From assembly GCA_964016885.1 (NCBI GenBank), contig OZ024744.1:62062001-62126000 (forward strand): a stretch of DNA of 64,000 bases. The letters are read 5' to 3'. Numbering within the stretch: the first letter of the stretch is position 1; every line of letters begins with the position of its first letter. Positions 39,868-55,106 of the stretch are shown in pieces. The position numbers and the translations under genes are program-made. Source of the DNA: Eledone cirrhosa (taxonomy: Eukaryota). Below the pieces are notes generated by a model. It did not search any database. It saw nothing but the letters and a program-made list of their open reading frames with translations, and had not been told where the DNA came from.

Positions 39868-39927
39868 ATGTTTCAACACATGTTTTCAAATAAGAAATCT
39901 TGCAAAACAAATTCAAAATTGAAGTGT

Positions 39928-40037
<110 letters not shown>

Positions 40038-42449
40038 TATATTGGTTTTGTCATTTTAGAGCCCCTCTATAAAGTAAAAGTGAAATAGTGGTTTTCAAAT
40101 TCAGTAAAATATGGAACAAGGAAACAATCAAAAGGAGAGCTTAAACCTTTAATTACAATATTTCTAATGATATATAGTTAAGTTTGGTTAGAATCAGAAG
40201 GGGATTTGATCTATAAAAAAAAAAAAAAAAAAATAAAAAAACAACAACACAAACATGCTGAAATATTTACAGCTGAACCCATTTCCAAACATGTTTCACC
40301 AACCCCATGCTTATATGAAATTGGGGAAATGTGTTAATCCTTTTGAAACCATCCTGAATTTATTGATACAAAACTGCTCACTCTAAAATATTAAAACCTT
40401 TCATCATAATATTAAATTCCTCCAAATTTTGGGTTATTTTCAAAATTAACTGAAAATCATATTCAGTATATTGCATTAAAAATATGTTAATGAAAGGATT
40501 CATCATCATCATCTTCGTTTAACGTCCGTTTTCCATGCTTCCAGCACCCCTTGAACAACGTTTTGTTTGTCATTCTTATGATTTTGTTATACCAGTACTA
40601 AATAAACAGCTTCACTCCTGTCATATAAAATTGCTTGTTTTAAAATGTTTATATTTATATACAATTTTATGTAAGAACCTCTGATATGTTATGTTCAAAA
40701 AACTAACTTAATAAGAAAAATAGCTTACTAAATCCCTCTATTTTTTACTTTTATAATTATTATCATTATTATTATTATCCCGCCAAGGTTAGTTTTGCCT
40801 TTTATTCTTACAGGGTCGATAAAATAAAGCACCAGTAATGTACTGGAGTCGGCTTAATTGACGTTCTCCTCCCCCCAAATTATTATCTTACTATATCCCT
40901 AAAAATTCTTTATTATTTTCTAAATTATTTGAAACTCAGGTAGTATTTTTCATGAGAAAGATGGTAAAAAAAGAGTTAAAAAAATAAGTAATATACTGTG
41001 GTCATGTGGAGCTTTGAAATCATGTGTTCAATTTAAGACTTATAGTTGCATTAGCATCCTAATATTTAGAAAAAGTACATTATATCCCTACATTTCATAA
41101 TTAGTGAATAAAAAGGTTAGTGATAGGAAGGGCATCATCAAGTTGTAAAATAATGCCTCAAAAATCCCTTGCCCAACATGGACAAGGTATAGATCAGCAT
41201 GGAAAAGAAGACCTAAACAAATACTACAAGGCATCCTATCCAATACTTTGACAATTCCATTAGAGCCTATCCCTGAACTGGTTCTTTACCAATCCTAAAA
41301 TGATGAAAGTTGACATTGGCAGGAGTGAAATTCTGAACAAAGAGAAACAGAACAAAGCATTAAATCTAATGTTCTAACAACTCTGCCAATTCAAAGCATG
41401 TTAAGGCACCACTTTAACCCTTTACCATTTACATTACTCTATATTTACTATTATATTTTCATGGTAAATGCTTTATCTCATAATTATCCCACATAATATT
41501 GAATCTATGAGATTTTGATATTTATTTTAAGAACAATACCTTAACATCAGTATGAGTGGCTAGTTACAGTCAGTTTGAACAGAAAGAGGTGAGAGAATAT
41601 GGCTGGTTTAAATGCTAAAGAGTTAGAGGAATTTTAGGGTTTCTTTTTCAAGCTTGGTACTTATTTTATTGATCAATGTCGACCCACTAAGTTATGGTAC
41701 ACATACTCATACATGACGGGCTTCTGCAGTTTCCCTCTACCTGAAACTACATGGTTACAAAGCTAACTACTTGACCACACAGCCATCTCCTTTAGTACAA
41801 GAAGTACTAAATTTTCTTGACTTTGCTATTTTTTTTTTTTTTTTTTTTTTGCCATTAAAATGTGTCTTAATGTGTCCAACACAATTTATAATCAGAGATG
41901 CAAAATAATTGTTTCTACTATTGGCACAAGGCCAGCAATTACCCAGTACATTACTGGTACTTTATTTTATCGACCCCGTAAGGATGAAAGGCAAAGTTAA
42001 CCATAATGATGTTTTTTTTTTTTGTTCCTATGATCTTAAGAACTGTTCCCTACTTGGCAGCTATTTTCTCATAGGACAACCAATCATGGCATCAACCCAC
42101 AATTGACTGCCACTCTAATTATAACACCTCAAAGTGAATATTATTAATAATTTAAACTGGACGACTGGCCGCCTCAACCAACTGTAAATTATTTATTGCA
42201 GTTGACTTTCTGCTTCTATCTGAACCAGAGAGGGACGAGCAGAGAAGGGGATAGGGGAATGTGGAGAGATAGGGGGGAGCACTAAAATTACAGGCCTTGA
42301 GATATTAATTTGTAAACTGAATTTAACAAATATACATGGGGCTAACACAGCACACTTCCAATAAAAGCCTTTTTTTCTGTAGCATAAAACAAACTATTAT
42401 ATAAATATATTACTGGATATATTAGTTGGTAAGTCAATTTTTTCTTTTC

Positions 42450-42483
<34 letters not shown>

Positions 42484-42527
42484 GCCACAATAAAACCACC
42501 TCACCTTGGCCTGGGTTTAAAGTATAA

Positions 42528-42850
42528 AATAATTGTTTCTACTTTTGGCACAAGGCCAGCAATTATCCCAGTGTATTACTGGTACTTTATTTTATCGACC
42601 CCGTAAGGATGAAAGGCAAAGTTAACCTCGGTGGTATTTGAACTCAGACCATAAAGGGACGTAACTCTTTGCTTGCAAAGCATGGCCTCCGACCCTCTAC
42701 CAATACTGCCAATCCACCACCCTCTTTTAAAATATAAAATAATTGTTTCTACTTTTGGCACAAGGCCAGCAATTACCCAGTACATTACTGGTACTTTATT
42801 TTATCGACCCCGTAAGGATGAAAGGCAAAGTTAACCTCGGCGGGATTTAA
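42528..42850 (-). mobile_element. Two tandem S1 SINEs
   Basis: Full copy 42528-42722 and truncated copy 42738-42850, both preceded by TTTAA..TATAAAATAAT. Confidence 0.85.
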
Positions 42851-43328
42851 AATAATGAGAGTAAAATATTAACACAAAGGGGGTGAACTTAAGTACCACT
42901 GAGAATCATATGAATGTATACAATATACATGTAGGTGTCACACAAAAAAAAAAAAATAAAAAAAAAAAAAATAACCCAGTCAAAACTAAAGTGGTCATGT
43001 AGTTGTCATGACAAAAAGCACCTAGTCCACACTGTAGGGTGGTCGTGTAGGTGTCACAACAAAAAGCACCCAGCCCACACTGTAAAGTGGTCATGTAGGT
43101 GTCACAACAAAAAGCACCCAGCACACACTGTAAATGTGGTTGATGTTAAGAAGCTGTTGAAACCTAGCCAGAAACAGTTCTATATGAGCAAGACATGGTC
43201 ACCTGACCCATGCTAGCATAGAAAGCGGTCGTTAAATGATGATGATGATGATGATGTGCATGCAAATATACATAAAACTAACACTCCACACCTCAAATTT
43301 AACATTAACCTTTTTGTGACTATTTCTA

Positions 43329-43490
43329 ATATTTCCCGGCGCCGAAGACGCTTCGTCCTCAAGGACGCACCCTAATTTTGACAACCAAAATTTTGAAAAA
43401 AAATAAACCTTCGGCCTCCAGGACGCATGGTAGATTTTTTAGACTTATTTTAGGAAAAAAATAGTGTCTTTGACAACGGGAAATATGGTA
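43329..43490. mobile_element. Tc1/mariner-pogo-type MITE, second copy
   Basis: Reverse complement of 17736-17918. Confidence 0.75.
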
Positions 43491-44109
43491 CTCTATGTAA
43501 AAGAATTTTGAGGAATTTACTCAAATTTGATGTCACACTAAAATAGTAACTTAACATAGTTTGTATCTAAAATTATACTGGAAGATTTTGATATAAATAG
43601 GGACCCTTTAAAATGGATGGTTCTGTTTCATCGAACCAGAACCCGTCTTGGCCAGGCTATTATCAAAAAGATTAAGTAATATTACATCTTTTTAGAAATA
43701 AATAAATATAAATAATAAAACAAAAATGACACAAAATTGCAATCTCTTCACTCAATTGTATATGATATTGAACAAGATAGTTTACTGATCTTTTGTCATT
43801 TTTTTTTACTCTTTTGCTTCTTTCAAACGTTAAACTGTGGCCCTGTTGGACACTGATTAGAAAGGATTTAGTCAATCTTGTTTGTTGAAGTTTAGTACTA
43901 AGTTACAAGTCAAAAATATATAGTAAATTTAAACACAGACAAACACTCAAGAAATTGAGACATTCTTTTCAAGCACTTTTAATTAACCTATGTAACTGTC
44001 ATTCTAATACATCCTTGATATGGTTATAATAAGCTAATGTGCCAGATTCCCTCCCCAGCATTTTAAACACTACCTGTCATATACGTCTTGTCACAGCTGA
44101 CTGGTTCCA

Positions 44110-45050
44110 CAATGCAGTCCGGAGGCTCAATATGGAATAAAGTTGTGTGTCAAGTGCAGCAAAAATGCTGCAGAAACCTATGAAATGGTCAAAATTGCTT
44201 ACAGACTAACTTTCATGAGCTGGATGACTGTTTTCCACTAGCACAAAAAGGTGAGGAACGATGAAGGGGTGTGGCAGGGAGAAGGACATCAGGATGCTAA
44301 AGTTGGTAAAAACAAATACACAAATTTCTGGACAAGGATCGATGTGCATCTGTTCTGACAATTGTTAAACAATTTAAAATGGTTGAGGGCATTGGGCTCA
44401 GTCATTCATGACAATCTGAACATGCACAAAGTTTGTTCCCAGAGTGCTCAATGAAGATCAAAGACAAAGGCATGTTGATGACAGCAGGGAGATGGTCAAG
44501 TGGATCGCTTTGAATTCAAGTGTCCTTGAGTTTCTGGTAACCTGTCATGAGAGCTGGGTTTACTATTATGATCTGGAGACCAAGAGACAGAGTGCCCAGT
44601 GTAAACATTCTGATTCCCCAAGACCCAAGAAGTCTAGGCAAAGCAGGTCCACTAGGAAGCTCATGATGATCCCATTCTTTGACAGCAAGGGCATCCTCTA
44701 CATTCACTGGGTTGCCTTGGCCAGACAGTCGACAAAGAGTATTATGTAGAGGTTTTGAGGCAGTTCAGAAAAAATGTTGTTATAAGAGACCAGAACTCTT
44801 CAAGTCTGGTCAGTGGTAACTGCACCAGGACAATGTCACCATTCTGGTGACTAACTACTTAGCTGATAAGGGGATCAAGATTGTCCCTCATCCTCCCTAC
44901 AATCCAGACATGCAAATTCTGGATGTTCACGAAACTGATGATGTGGAGGAGATGAAGGCAGCTGTGACAAGTGCCCTGGACACCTTCACTTTAGAGGACT
45001 ACATAGGGGACTTCCAGAATTAGCTGGGATACAACAACTAGAGTTTTGTG
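44110..45050 (+). pseudogene. Mariner transposase fossil
   Basis: YGIKLCVKCSKNAAETYEMVKIAY; LVTCHESWVYYYDLETKRQS..SPRPKK..KLMMIPFFDSKG; LHQDN; HPPYNPD. Multiple stops and frameshifts. Confidence 0.88.
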
Positions 45051-45829
45051 TTGATCTGAGTTAAATAAATGTCGTGTATCGAGGCCAAACAAGTCAGGTG
45101 AATAGATCCTGTTTGTAGGCTTTGTTTTTGTTTGTTTTCTATGGTTGGATGCCCTTCCTAACACCAACCACTTTACAGCATTTACTGGCTAAAACTAAAA
45201 ACAAATCATTTAACAGATTTGAGGTTCTTTATGCACATACTGATTAGTAAACAGTCTAAATGACATGCAGACAGCAGCAATTATTGATACACAAACACAC
45301 ATACATGTCCACATACATCGACACACACAACTTGTACCTCACAAATTTAGACAGAATTGCAAGAACACATACACAAACATTATTTATACATGCTTCAACA
45401 CACCTATATCTACTTATATTAATTAATGCTCATATGAATTCATATACACATTTACACACACAAAGATGAAGAAAAAGTGGGAGAGAGAGAGAGATATTGT
45501 GGTGATAAAAGAGAGATTTGAAAAGAAAGAGAAAGAGGATGAAGAAAGTGATCAATAATAATGTACTAATTTGGAACAAACATGCTCTATTTTATCATTC
45601 TCATTCCATTAGAACTTTCAATTTTTCTCCATCTCCCTTAGGTGCAGCTTGGGAGTTGGAACTTAATTCATTCATAAATTATTCTGAGATGGATCTGGAT
45701 CTGTGCTCAATTTTGGGAAAATTCATTGAGAAGTGACACCGTTTCAACTTATACAAATTTCTGTGCTTATTATAGAGATAATTCTTAAATTTGTTTAGAA
45801 AGGAAAATCAGTGCAGCAAAGACTGAGAC

Positions 45830-46340
45830 AGCTGTCTTCTCAAAGAAGCTTGCACAGTGCACCCTACATATGAATGGAGTACTACTAAAGCAGATGAAGA
45901 TATTCAAGTATATCTGGGAAATGTTCATGAGTGGTGTAAGGCAGGAGGCTGAATCAAGTGCAACAATTGCAGGAGCTAGTGCAGTAATGTGCCAGCTTCA
46001 GCATTCAGTCATCAAAAGAAGGGAGGTAAGTGTAAAAGTGAAACTCACTGTCTTCAATTTAGTATTCATACTTGTAGTCATGAATCTTGATTAATGACTG
46101 AAAGAATACAATCACAAGTACAAGCAACCGAAATGGGGTTCCTGTGGTGGGTTTTGGGAGTAACATTGCTTGATAGAGTGAAAAGCTTGGAGATCAAAGA
46201 GTCACTCCAGGTAGAGCTGCTATTTCTCCGAATTGAGAGATCACAGCTCTGCTATTACAGACATGGTTAGAATGTTTCAGGAAAGAATCGCTGGACAGAT
46301 TTTATGAGTAAAAACTGACAAGAGACCCAGGGGTAGAGGC
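45830..46340 (+). mobile_element. Rex3/Expander-like RTE 3' fragment
   Basis: FKYI..F.SG..E..IAGASAVM.QL..SV....EVSVKVKL; MTERIQSQVQATEMGFL; IERSQL. Confidence 0.75.
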
Positions 46341-47299
46341 ATATCTTGCTCATTGGTCACTGTTTGGCATGTGCTCTGCAACTGGATGCCTATCTAGTTG
46401 CCAACCACTTTACAATGTGTACTGGGTGCATTTTATTGTGGCACTAGCACTATATATATATATGTATGTATATGTACACACACAGTTTCCATCTATTCAA
46501 TTTCACTTACAAAGTACCTCAAAGTGTGACTGAACCCAAAATTATGTGGTTGTGGAGCAAATTGTTTTACCACACAGCTATGGTTGTGCCAAAACCAAAC
46601 AAATTATTAAAACATACAATATTTTTATAATTCTATTTCACCTATATTTTATTATAAACAGACATGGCTATTAGCCATAACATAAAGATAAATTTAAAAA
46701 GGACTAAATTAGCTCAATTAGTAAATATGTAATGAAGGTACATGGTCAAGTGGTTCAAGTGTTTTTTTTTTTTCAAAATTTATCTGAAAAGGTTGCCATG
46801 TCCTCAATGTGACTAAATAATCCTCAGTACTATTTTGTCATGGTTTCTTTGTCTGGATGGTCCTCTTAACATACTGCAGTTTATACTGAGTGCATTTTAT
46901 CATAGCACCAGCACTAAAGGGGTTGTCCTGTCCTTGACATGACTGAAGTCTTCTTGTCCCTTTGTTTACCATGGTTTCTAGTAATTGACAATTCAAATAC
47001 TTTTCTCTTATGAAAGTTACTTTGCTCTTATCAAAGCTTAGGTGAATTCCATCGGTTTTCTTTACAATTAGACATTATTGAATGTAAACTAATTATGACA
47101 TCTGGTAATCGTTCCAGAACTGACATTTGAGTTATATATGGTTAAAGAGTTTGTTTCGCAACCAAGTGGTTTCAGGTTCAGTTCAACTGAACAATGCTTG
47201 TGAATGAAATTTGTTAGAAACTGCAGAAGCCCATCATGTGTGTATACTTATCTAATTGTGTAATATAAGGAAGGAGAGAGAGAGAGGGGGGGGGGAGAA

Positions 47300-47396
<97 letters not shown>

Positions 47397-49129
47397 GTAC
47401 CAGAGAACAATACTCTAAAAGTGTACTAGTTTAATGGTAAAAAGAATATTAGAAAGAGCCTTGATATTTCAGACTGTAGTCCTTTGTTGGAAAGGAAAAC
47501 AGGAATATGAGAGGATTGCTTAAGGGATAGCAGGAACACAAACAAAAAAATTAAAAAATCAGGAAAAAAAGGAAAGCACAAGGGGAAGTGGGGACAAAGA
47601 AAAATGGGAAAACAAGGAAAAAACATGAAAACAAAGAAAAAAATGGAAAACAAAGGGAAAAGGTGGGAAAACGAAAAATAAAAGAGGAAAATAAAGTTAA
47701 AAACAGGAAACGAAAGAATAATCAAAAGAAAAAAACAAACAAACAAAAAGGGCAATGGAAAAAAAGAGGAAAGGAAAAAAAGGAAAAAACACATGTAGTC
47801 ACCTGTCAGCCATCTTAGAAAAGGAAAGTAGGGAGAAGCTGAAAAAAGATGTAGGCCATGAAGATGTGTGTGTTGTGGCAGTGTTATTTGGGAAAGTTAT
47901 TGTGTATGTGTATATGTTGATACACGTATGTGTGTGCATAAACAAGTGTGTAAGCAAACAATGTATGTGTATATGTGTGTGTGCATGTATGTGTGTACAC
48001 ACACACACACACACACACAATAAATACATACCTGTACATAAATCGTAATATGTAGACATATCAAATTTATTTCCCCCTGTGTATTTAAAAAATTCTGAAC
48101 CTTGATCAATTTTCAACCCTTATTGTGGTCTCTAAGGGTATGTATCTACATCACAGAACAATTACAAAGAAATATGTAACTAATGGCTTTATAAAGCCAC
48201 CAAAATGTAGTAGTAGCCACGAAATGGGTGTACTAATTTGCATATTGTTAGTACTTTGTGAACAATTTGATTTATACTAAAATTAACTACCACTGTAAAT
48301 GTGAGTGGTAGTGAAGAGAGAGGGGTCTAGGGATGTGAGTAGTTATAATATAGGGGTGATGTCAAGAGAAGAGACAAGTGACTTGGAAATGCTTGAGAAG
48401 ATGTGACCAGCCATTTCTAAGGAGCAGAGGTCAGTGTAGTAGTGATGGTGGAAAGGGTAGTGTGATTATGAGGAAGTTTAACTATAGAAAAGACATTAAA
48501 ATATTGTTTGTAGAAATTTTATGAAAAAAATAAAAAGGCAATGTAATCAAGTGGAACAAAAGAGTTATAATGGAGTCAAGATGACAAGGTATACATTATT
48601 GTCATTATCATTTTATGTTCATATACTAGGCTGGTATGGGTTGGAGAGGTTATTACAGTCTGAAACTAGATAGGTTAGAGAAACCCCATCTGGCTTATCC
48701 ATTTCATATTTTGGTACAATATCCACTTTACAAAATGTACTGTCTGTATGTATTTTTTTTTACTAACCACCAACAATAACACTTTACAGAGTGTACTGTG
48801 TGTATTTTATTGTGGCACCAGCACTACCACTTTACAGAGTGGACTGAATGCATTTTATCATATATTTAACCTTTTTTTTTTTTTTTACAGATTAACCCTT
48901 TAGCATTTACATCACTATTTACTATTGTATTTTCACAGTAAACACTTTATTTCACATAATTATCTCACATAATATCGAATCTACAAGATTTTGATAATAT
49001 TCATTTTGAGAACAATGCCTTAACATTAGTATGAGTCAGTTTGAACAGAAAGAGGTGAGAGAATGAAGTTCATGTAGACTTATCTCTCTCTCAAATCTAT
49101 TGGTTTAATTAGCTTCTTAGATATAGATT

Positions 49130-51010
49130 CTCCTCTTAACCCTTTTCATCATCATCCAAAATAGACTCAACAACAGATCTCCACATGAGTCTGTCACACA
49201 TGGCAGTAGCTAGGTACTGAATGCAAACACCAGCATCCTTCACTATGACATCTGGATATGAGAGCTTGCTGCAACCCCTTAGTCTTGAGACATGTGCAGG
49301 TTTCCAAAGCACCAAAGAGGACACAGCTTCATATGAGCCCTGATGACAATGGCCAGCAAACCTTACCCTCCTATGTATAACATCAGTTATATGCAGCGGA
49401 CCATTACATATCTCTCAGAGAAGCTTGTGTTCCCTCCAGCTTATGTTTTGAGAGTGTTTGAGAAGTGATGTATAGGCCAGATCAAGACGTCTGTATTACT
49501 TGGCTGAGACAGTCCAAGTCTCACTACCATAGAGTAGTATTGGCTGGATTGTGATTTGAAAGAGCATGACTTTGGAGGAGATAGGAAAACTGGAGCACCA
49601 ATTACAGTCTAACTTGTTGCAAGCTGATTATGCTTGGGCTTTTCTGGTGCTAAATTCCTTCCCAGAATCCATGATCCAGAGTCCGAGGTACTTAAAGTCT
49701 TCACCCTTTTTGATAGTACTGCCATCTTGAGCTTTGATGATGAATTCAGAAGAGTTAGAGATGTATTCCATCTTGCCTTCATTAAGGTGAAGGCTGATGA
49801 CGGCAGCTGCTTCTTGAAGTGAAATAAGATGTTGGGCATTCTCCATGCAGTCTGCTAGAAGAGAAATATTATCAGCAAAGTTGAGATCTGTGAGATAAGG
49901 GGTGTCTAGAACTCCTTCGGGGTTTGATGGTAATGTCTTTATCATTGATTGTGTCCAACGAGTCTTAGAGTGTAGTCTAAAGCAATTACGAATATGAATA
50001 GGGCAAGTGTGTCCCCTTACAACACTCCTGCAAATAATTTAAAGAAGTTAGACTGTTAGGTGTAATAATTATTTCTACTTTTGGCACAAGGCCAGCAATT
50101 ACCCAGTACATTACTGGTACTTTATTTTAGAGACCCCGTAAGGATGAAAGGCAAAGTTAACCTCGGCGGGATTTGAACTCCGATCGTAAAGGGACGTAAC
50201 TATGCTGGAAAGCATGCCCAACCCTCTACCGATACTGCCAATCTACTGCCCTTAGGTAGGTTAGGTGTGATAATAATGTCATAAAGGACCATGATCATTT
50301 CCACAATCCTGGTAGGTATACCATACAGTGAGAGAATCTCAAAGAGAATGTTTATGCTCCCATAAGCCTTTTTAAAAATCAACAAAAACGAGATTTCTCT
50401 GATCTCTTCAACAATCCTTAGTGCTAGAATCTGTGCAAGAGTGGACCTTCTACATCTAAAACTATTCTGGTTAATGTGAAGAATTGGTCAACCAAAGAGA
50501 CTACATGGTTTAGAATGTTCTTGTTATACACTTTAGCATCAATAGGCATCAGTGAGATTTCACAGCAGTTTTGGTGTGATGAAAGGTTACCTCTTTTTGG
50601 AATTGGAATTATACTAGTTTTGAGCCAACTTGAGGGTGGAGAAAGATTATCACATATTTCATTGTAGATTGATTTGGAAGGATCCCAACTTAGCTTCAGT
50701 TCTTTTATCAAACTGGGAATATTATCAAGACCTGGAAACTTGTTTTGAAGGGATTTGAGGACAACTTATCTCACTCGAAAAAAAGGCATCTGTTGAGATG
50801 TTCAAAGTAGGTAATATAACCCTTGGAAGGTGCCTTCAGCAGGTGAAGGTTCACCCAGTATACCTTTGAAGTGGTCAACCCAGTTCGTTTTGCATACTTC
50901 TTGAGATTCACCTTTAATGATAGGGGTGGGCTTTTCTTTCTTGCCTTTTAATTTGTTAACAAGAACCCAGGTGGCTGCATGCTGTTTGTTCACATGTAAG
51001 AGTTTCAGTC
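49130..51010 (-). mobile_element. Decayed RTE-superfamily LINE (probably RTEX-like), interrupted by an S1 SINE at ~50063-50250
   Basis: IIPIPKRGNL, YGIP..IV..I..LY, GDTL, DLNFADNISLL, DFKYLG.WI, LWKP.H...M.DR..WR. Confidence 0.8.
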
Positions 51011-51944
51011 CATTATATATTAAAAAAATATGAAAATCAATCAAAATCCCCCTCAAAAAAATGAACTCTTGTTGGCTCAATATTCTAGAATGTGCGCCTT
51101 GTACCAATGTAAAAAAAATGCAAAGAGCTCATTGTCAGATCTAACCAAGGAAATTAAGTTTCCATTAGTTTTTTTTCCATTGCTAATACTATCTATCTAC
51201 CAATTCCATCTCCTGACAGAAGGAGGCAAGATTTGAACTTAGAATGCAGTGAGCCGGAACAAACACTGGGGCATTTAATCCACTGCCTTAACAACTTTGC
51301 CAATTTGGTGCCTAATGTAAAAAAACATTATCAAAGCCACAGAATAAAAAACAAAATTATAAATGAAATGCTCATTAAATATTTCACCACCACTGGATAA
51401 GTTTTGTTATTTCTGAAAACTTATGTCACCTCTATGATTTTGTTTCATTAATCACAATTAATTTAACACTGATAAATTTAATCACATCTACAAATATGGC
51501 AGAGTTTTTGTTGTTGTTTTCCCCCTCCAGCATGTTCTTTTAAACTGGCATTCTGCCAACTGATAACAGTTCTTCCAGTAAGAATTTCATCTCCAATTGG
51601 GATCAGGTAATTTAGGTATATTTCGTGATACCAAAATAAATAACTGAATAAAAAGATATACAGTATCCCTGCGTGCTTAAGAAGTGACTAAAAGTACTGG
51701 AGTCAAGAAGGGCATTTGGCTGTAAAACATTGCTTCAAAAAAGAGTCCATGATATGTAAGATAAAGCCTGACATGTGGCCTACATGGCTAACTCTTGCTT
51801 TAACAAGAAAAATAGCATTAAAACATCATGTTGTTGTTGTTATGACAGCAAAATGCAAATGTCAGAAATTTAAAGGCAGAAGAACTGCCATCACTCTTAC
51901 TACTTTCTATGAGTGAACTCTAATTTAAAAGTTGTCCCACAAGT

Positions 51945-52070
51945 AAAATTGCCACAACTCACAAACTAGTATTGCCATACCTCACAATGAACTGATATTA
52001 CCACACCTCACAATGAACTGATATTACCACACCTCACAACATACTAATATTACCACATCTCACAACAGCA
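51945..52070. repeat. 26-bp minisatellite
   Basis: CTCACAATGAACTGATATTACCACAC units. Confidence 0.8.
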
Positions 52071-55000
52071 CAATTGGTCTCTGACAAACCTCAATCTCAC
52101 AACTGCTTCTTTGAAGTTTGGCTTCCTTATCAGAATTACTTAAGCTCCAAACAGCTGTTGATTATAATTGCACCTTGTTATATTCTGCTGATGAATATCC
52201 CAGTTGTTGCACCAATGGAATGTTCAACTTAATATGTACATGGTAGAGTATTCCACAGAGATGTGTACCTTTAATAAAATTCTTATGGAGATTCAGTATG
52301 GCACAATTTCAGTTCCTTGTGAGATATAGTAATTTTAGTTCCTTGAGTTGTGGCAATATTTAAACAACAGAGAGTACATGTATTATGGTGGATTGGCAGT
52401 ATCGGTAGAGGGTCGAACACTAGGCTTTGCAGTATAGAGTTACGGCCCTTTACAGTCTGAGTTCAAATCCTGCCAAGGTTAACTTTGCCTTTCATCTTTA
52501 CGGGGGTCGATAAAATAAAGTACCAGTATTGCACTGCTAGCCTTGTGCCAAAAATAGAAACAATTATAGTATAAGTGGTTGAGTACTCCAGGTGCATGTG
52601 TACCCTTAACATAATTTTCTGACAGAATTAGCATGAAACAGTGTGTGACAAGGCTTGGCTGAGTTGGCCCTTTGACTTACAGATACAGTCCATCTTGTAA
52701 TGTAACTAGTTGAGTATTCTACAGACATATGTACCCTTAATGTCATTCTCAGAGAATATGCATGACAAAATATGTGACAAAGCTGCCACTTTGAATTACA
52801 GGTACAGTCCTTCCAATGGACTTTTAAACTGTTTCTGTCTACCAAATTCTACTCACAAAGCTTACGTTGACCCAAGGCTAGCAAAAGACCCTTGCTCAAT
52901 ATGCCACACTGTGGGACTGAACATGGAACAACATAATTGCAAAGTGAATTGTTTAACCTGCATCCATACAGCCAGGGCCTCCAAGAGAAATTTTACAAGG
53001 TTGTAAAAGACCCCATTGAAGCCCAAAGCAAGCAACGATTTTTCTTAAAATGGATGTTGTATGGTTGCTGTGGGGCCTTCTGAGCTCTTGGGCCCCAGAA
53101 CAAAGTAGAGGCTAGTGAGTTTGTATGTGTGTTGAGAATGAGATTATGTGTGATGTGAGAGAGAGAGAGAGAGAGAAAGAGAGAAAGAGAGAGAGAGAGA
53201 GTGTGTGTGTGTCTATGTATCTGTGTGCACATGTATATGTGTATTGAGAATAAAACTGTGTGTGTTGATAAAACTGCATGTGGTGACTGTGTGTATATGT
53301 GTCTGATTGTGAATTTATGTGTATATGTTTTGAGAATAAAACTGCAAGAGCCAAAGAAAAATCTAAAGTGTGAAAACCTTACCAACCAACAGAATGTCAG
53401 CAGTAGCGTTAAGTGGAGGACAAAAGTCAAGATAATTAGCAGAGAGAGAAATAGAGAGGGGGTGAGGGTTACATTTGTCAAAGGAAAGAAAATATCTAGA
53501 TGAGGCTCATTTTAGCTGGACACATAAACAACTAACACACCTAATGACCTCCATCTAACAATTTGAGGATTATGGAAAATATTGACATTTAATATCACTT
53601 GTACTCCGTGCCGGATTTAGGACAAATGAGGCCCTGTGCTAGTTAAGTTATGAGGCCCCTTACCAGAGCCCTGAAGGAGGTAGACCTGGTAGGCCTACAT
53701 AGGTAGTCAGGCATACCTGCTCAGGACCCCCCCCCCCCCCCTCTGCCAACAGGGCTCTGTGCTTAACCCTTTAGCATTTAAACTGGCTGTATCTGGCCAG
53801 AATTCTCTCACCTCTTTCTTTTCAAACAGGCTGTAACCAGCCACTCCTGTGTTCTCAAAATAAATAACATCAAAATCTCATTGATTCGATATTATGTGAG
53901 GAAAAGCCTTTACCATGAAAATACAATAGTATATATAGAGAGTAATTAGGTTTCTTAAAATTATGATCAAGACAGCAAAAATAAAGTAAACATAGTAACT
54001 AATAATTTATCACCACCACCACCGTCATTCTTACTATTTATGCTTTCTGAAGTTCAGACTTTTGAGATCAGTTCTCATCAATTCTGCTCAGGTTTTCGTT
54101 TGTCTTTCTCTACAGCTTCTTCCACTATGAACTCCTAGCACTTCTTTAACCTAGCATGGCCATACTACTACAGTCTTCTCTTGCACACTACATCTGATTC
54201 CTCTTATATCCAGTTTCTCTCTCAGTTTATCCGTGCTTTGCATTTATGCACATTATCACACACACAAAGTTTATTGAAGATTGTGGGAGAGTTTGAGATT
54301 AACCCAGTTGATATGAAACTGCTTGATAAATATTTTTTTGAAAACTATTTTAAAATGTTTATATATATTTAAAAACCTTCCATCATAATAGCATGTAAAA
54401 ACTTTTAAGTTGGGTACAATACACCAACTTGATAATTAGAAAGTTGGTTATACAGGTGCCATCTTCCATATAGAGCCTCAAAATGTATAATCCATGTTGA
54501 ACTCACTAACTACCACCATCTACACAGACACCACCACCATCACCACCACAGACACATGATACTCCACTGTAACACACCACCATTTCCTTTTTATTCTTTC
54601 AATAAAGATACATACACTACCATCACCACCATCTCCACATTCACTAGAAAATCCTACTTAAAAACATTACCTGGTAAATCTATTCAAACACTCTAGACTA
54701 ACTGGTTCACCTCAGACCCATCCATCTCATCCCTCTTCATCCCTCACTCCACTCCACCTACAGCCCTTGATATTAGATAAACAGATACACACACACACAC
54801 ACACACACACATTATTAAACCCATATCACCTGAACAGATAGAAACTGCTGTTCCAGAATGATGAATCTGACGTCAAAACAGAACATGATACACACACACA
54901 CACACACGCTTAATAATATAAATAATAATTGTTTCTACTTTTGGCACAAGGCCAGCAATTACCCAGTGCATTACTGGTACTTTATTTTATCGACCCCGTA

Positions 55001-55106
55001 AGGATGAAAGGCAAAGTTAACCTCGGCAGGATTTGAACTCAGTCCGTAAAAGGGACGTAACTATGCTGCAAAGCATAGCATCCGACCCTCTACTGATACT
55101 GCCATA

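Noticed and set aside
47426-47818. K-rich and F-rich ORFs
   Set aside because: Low-complexity A/G tract next to (GA)n.
53605-53765. hAT-like MITE (GCCGGATTTAGG..GAGGCCC)
   Set aside because: Only one plausible end and no TSD; too weak to list as a feature.
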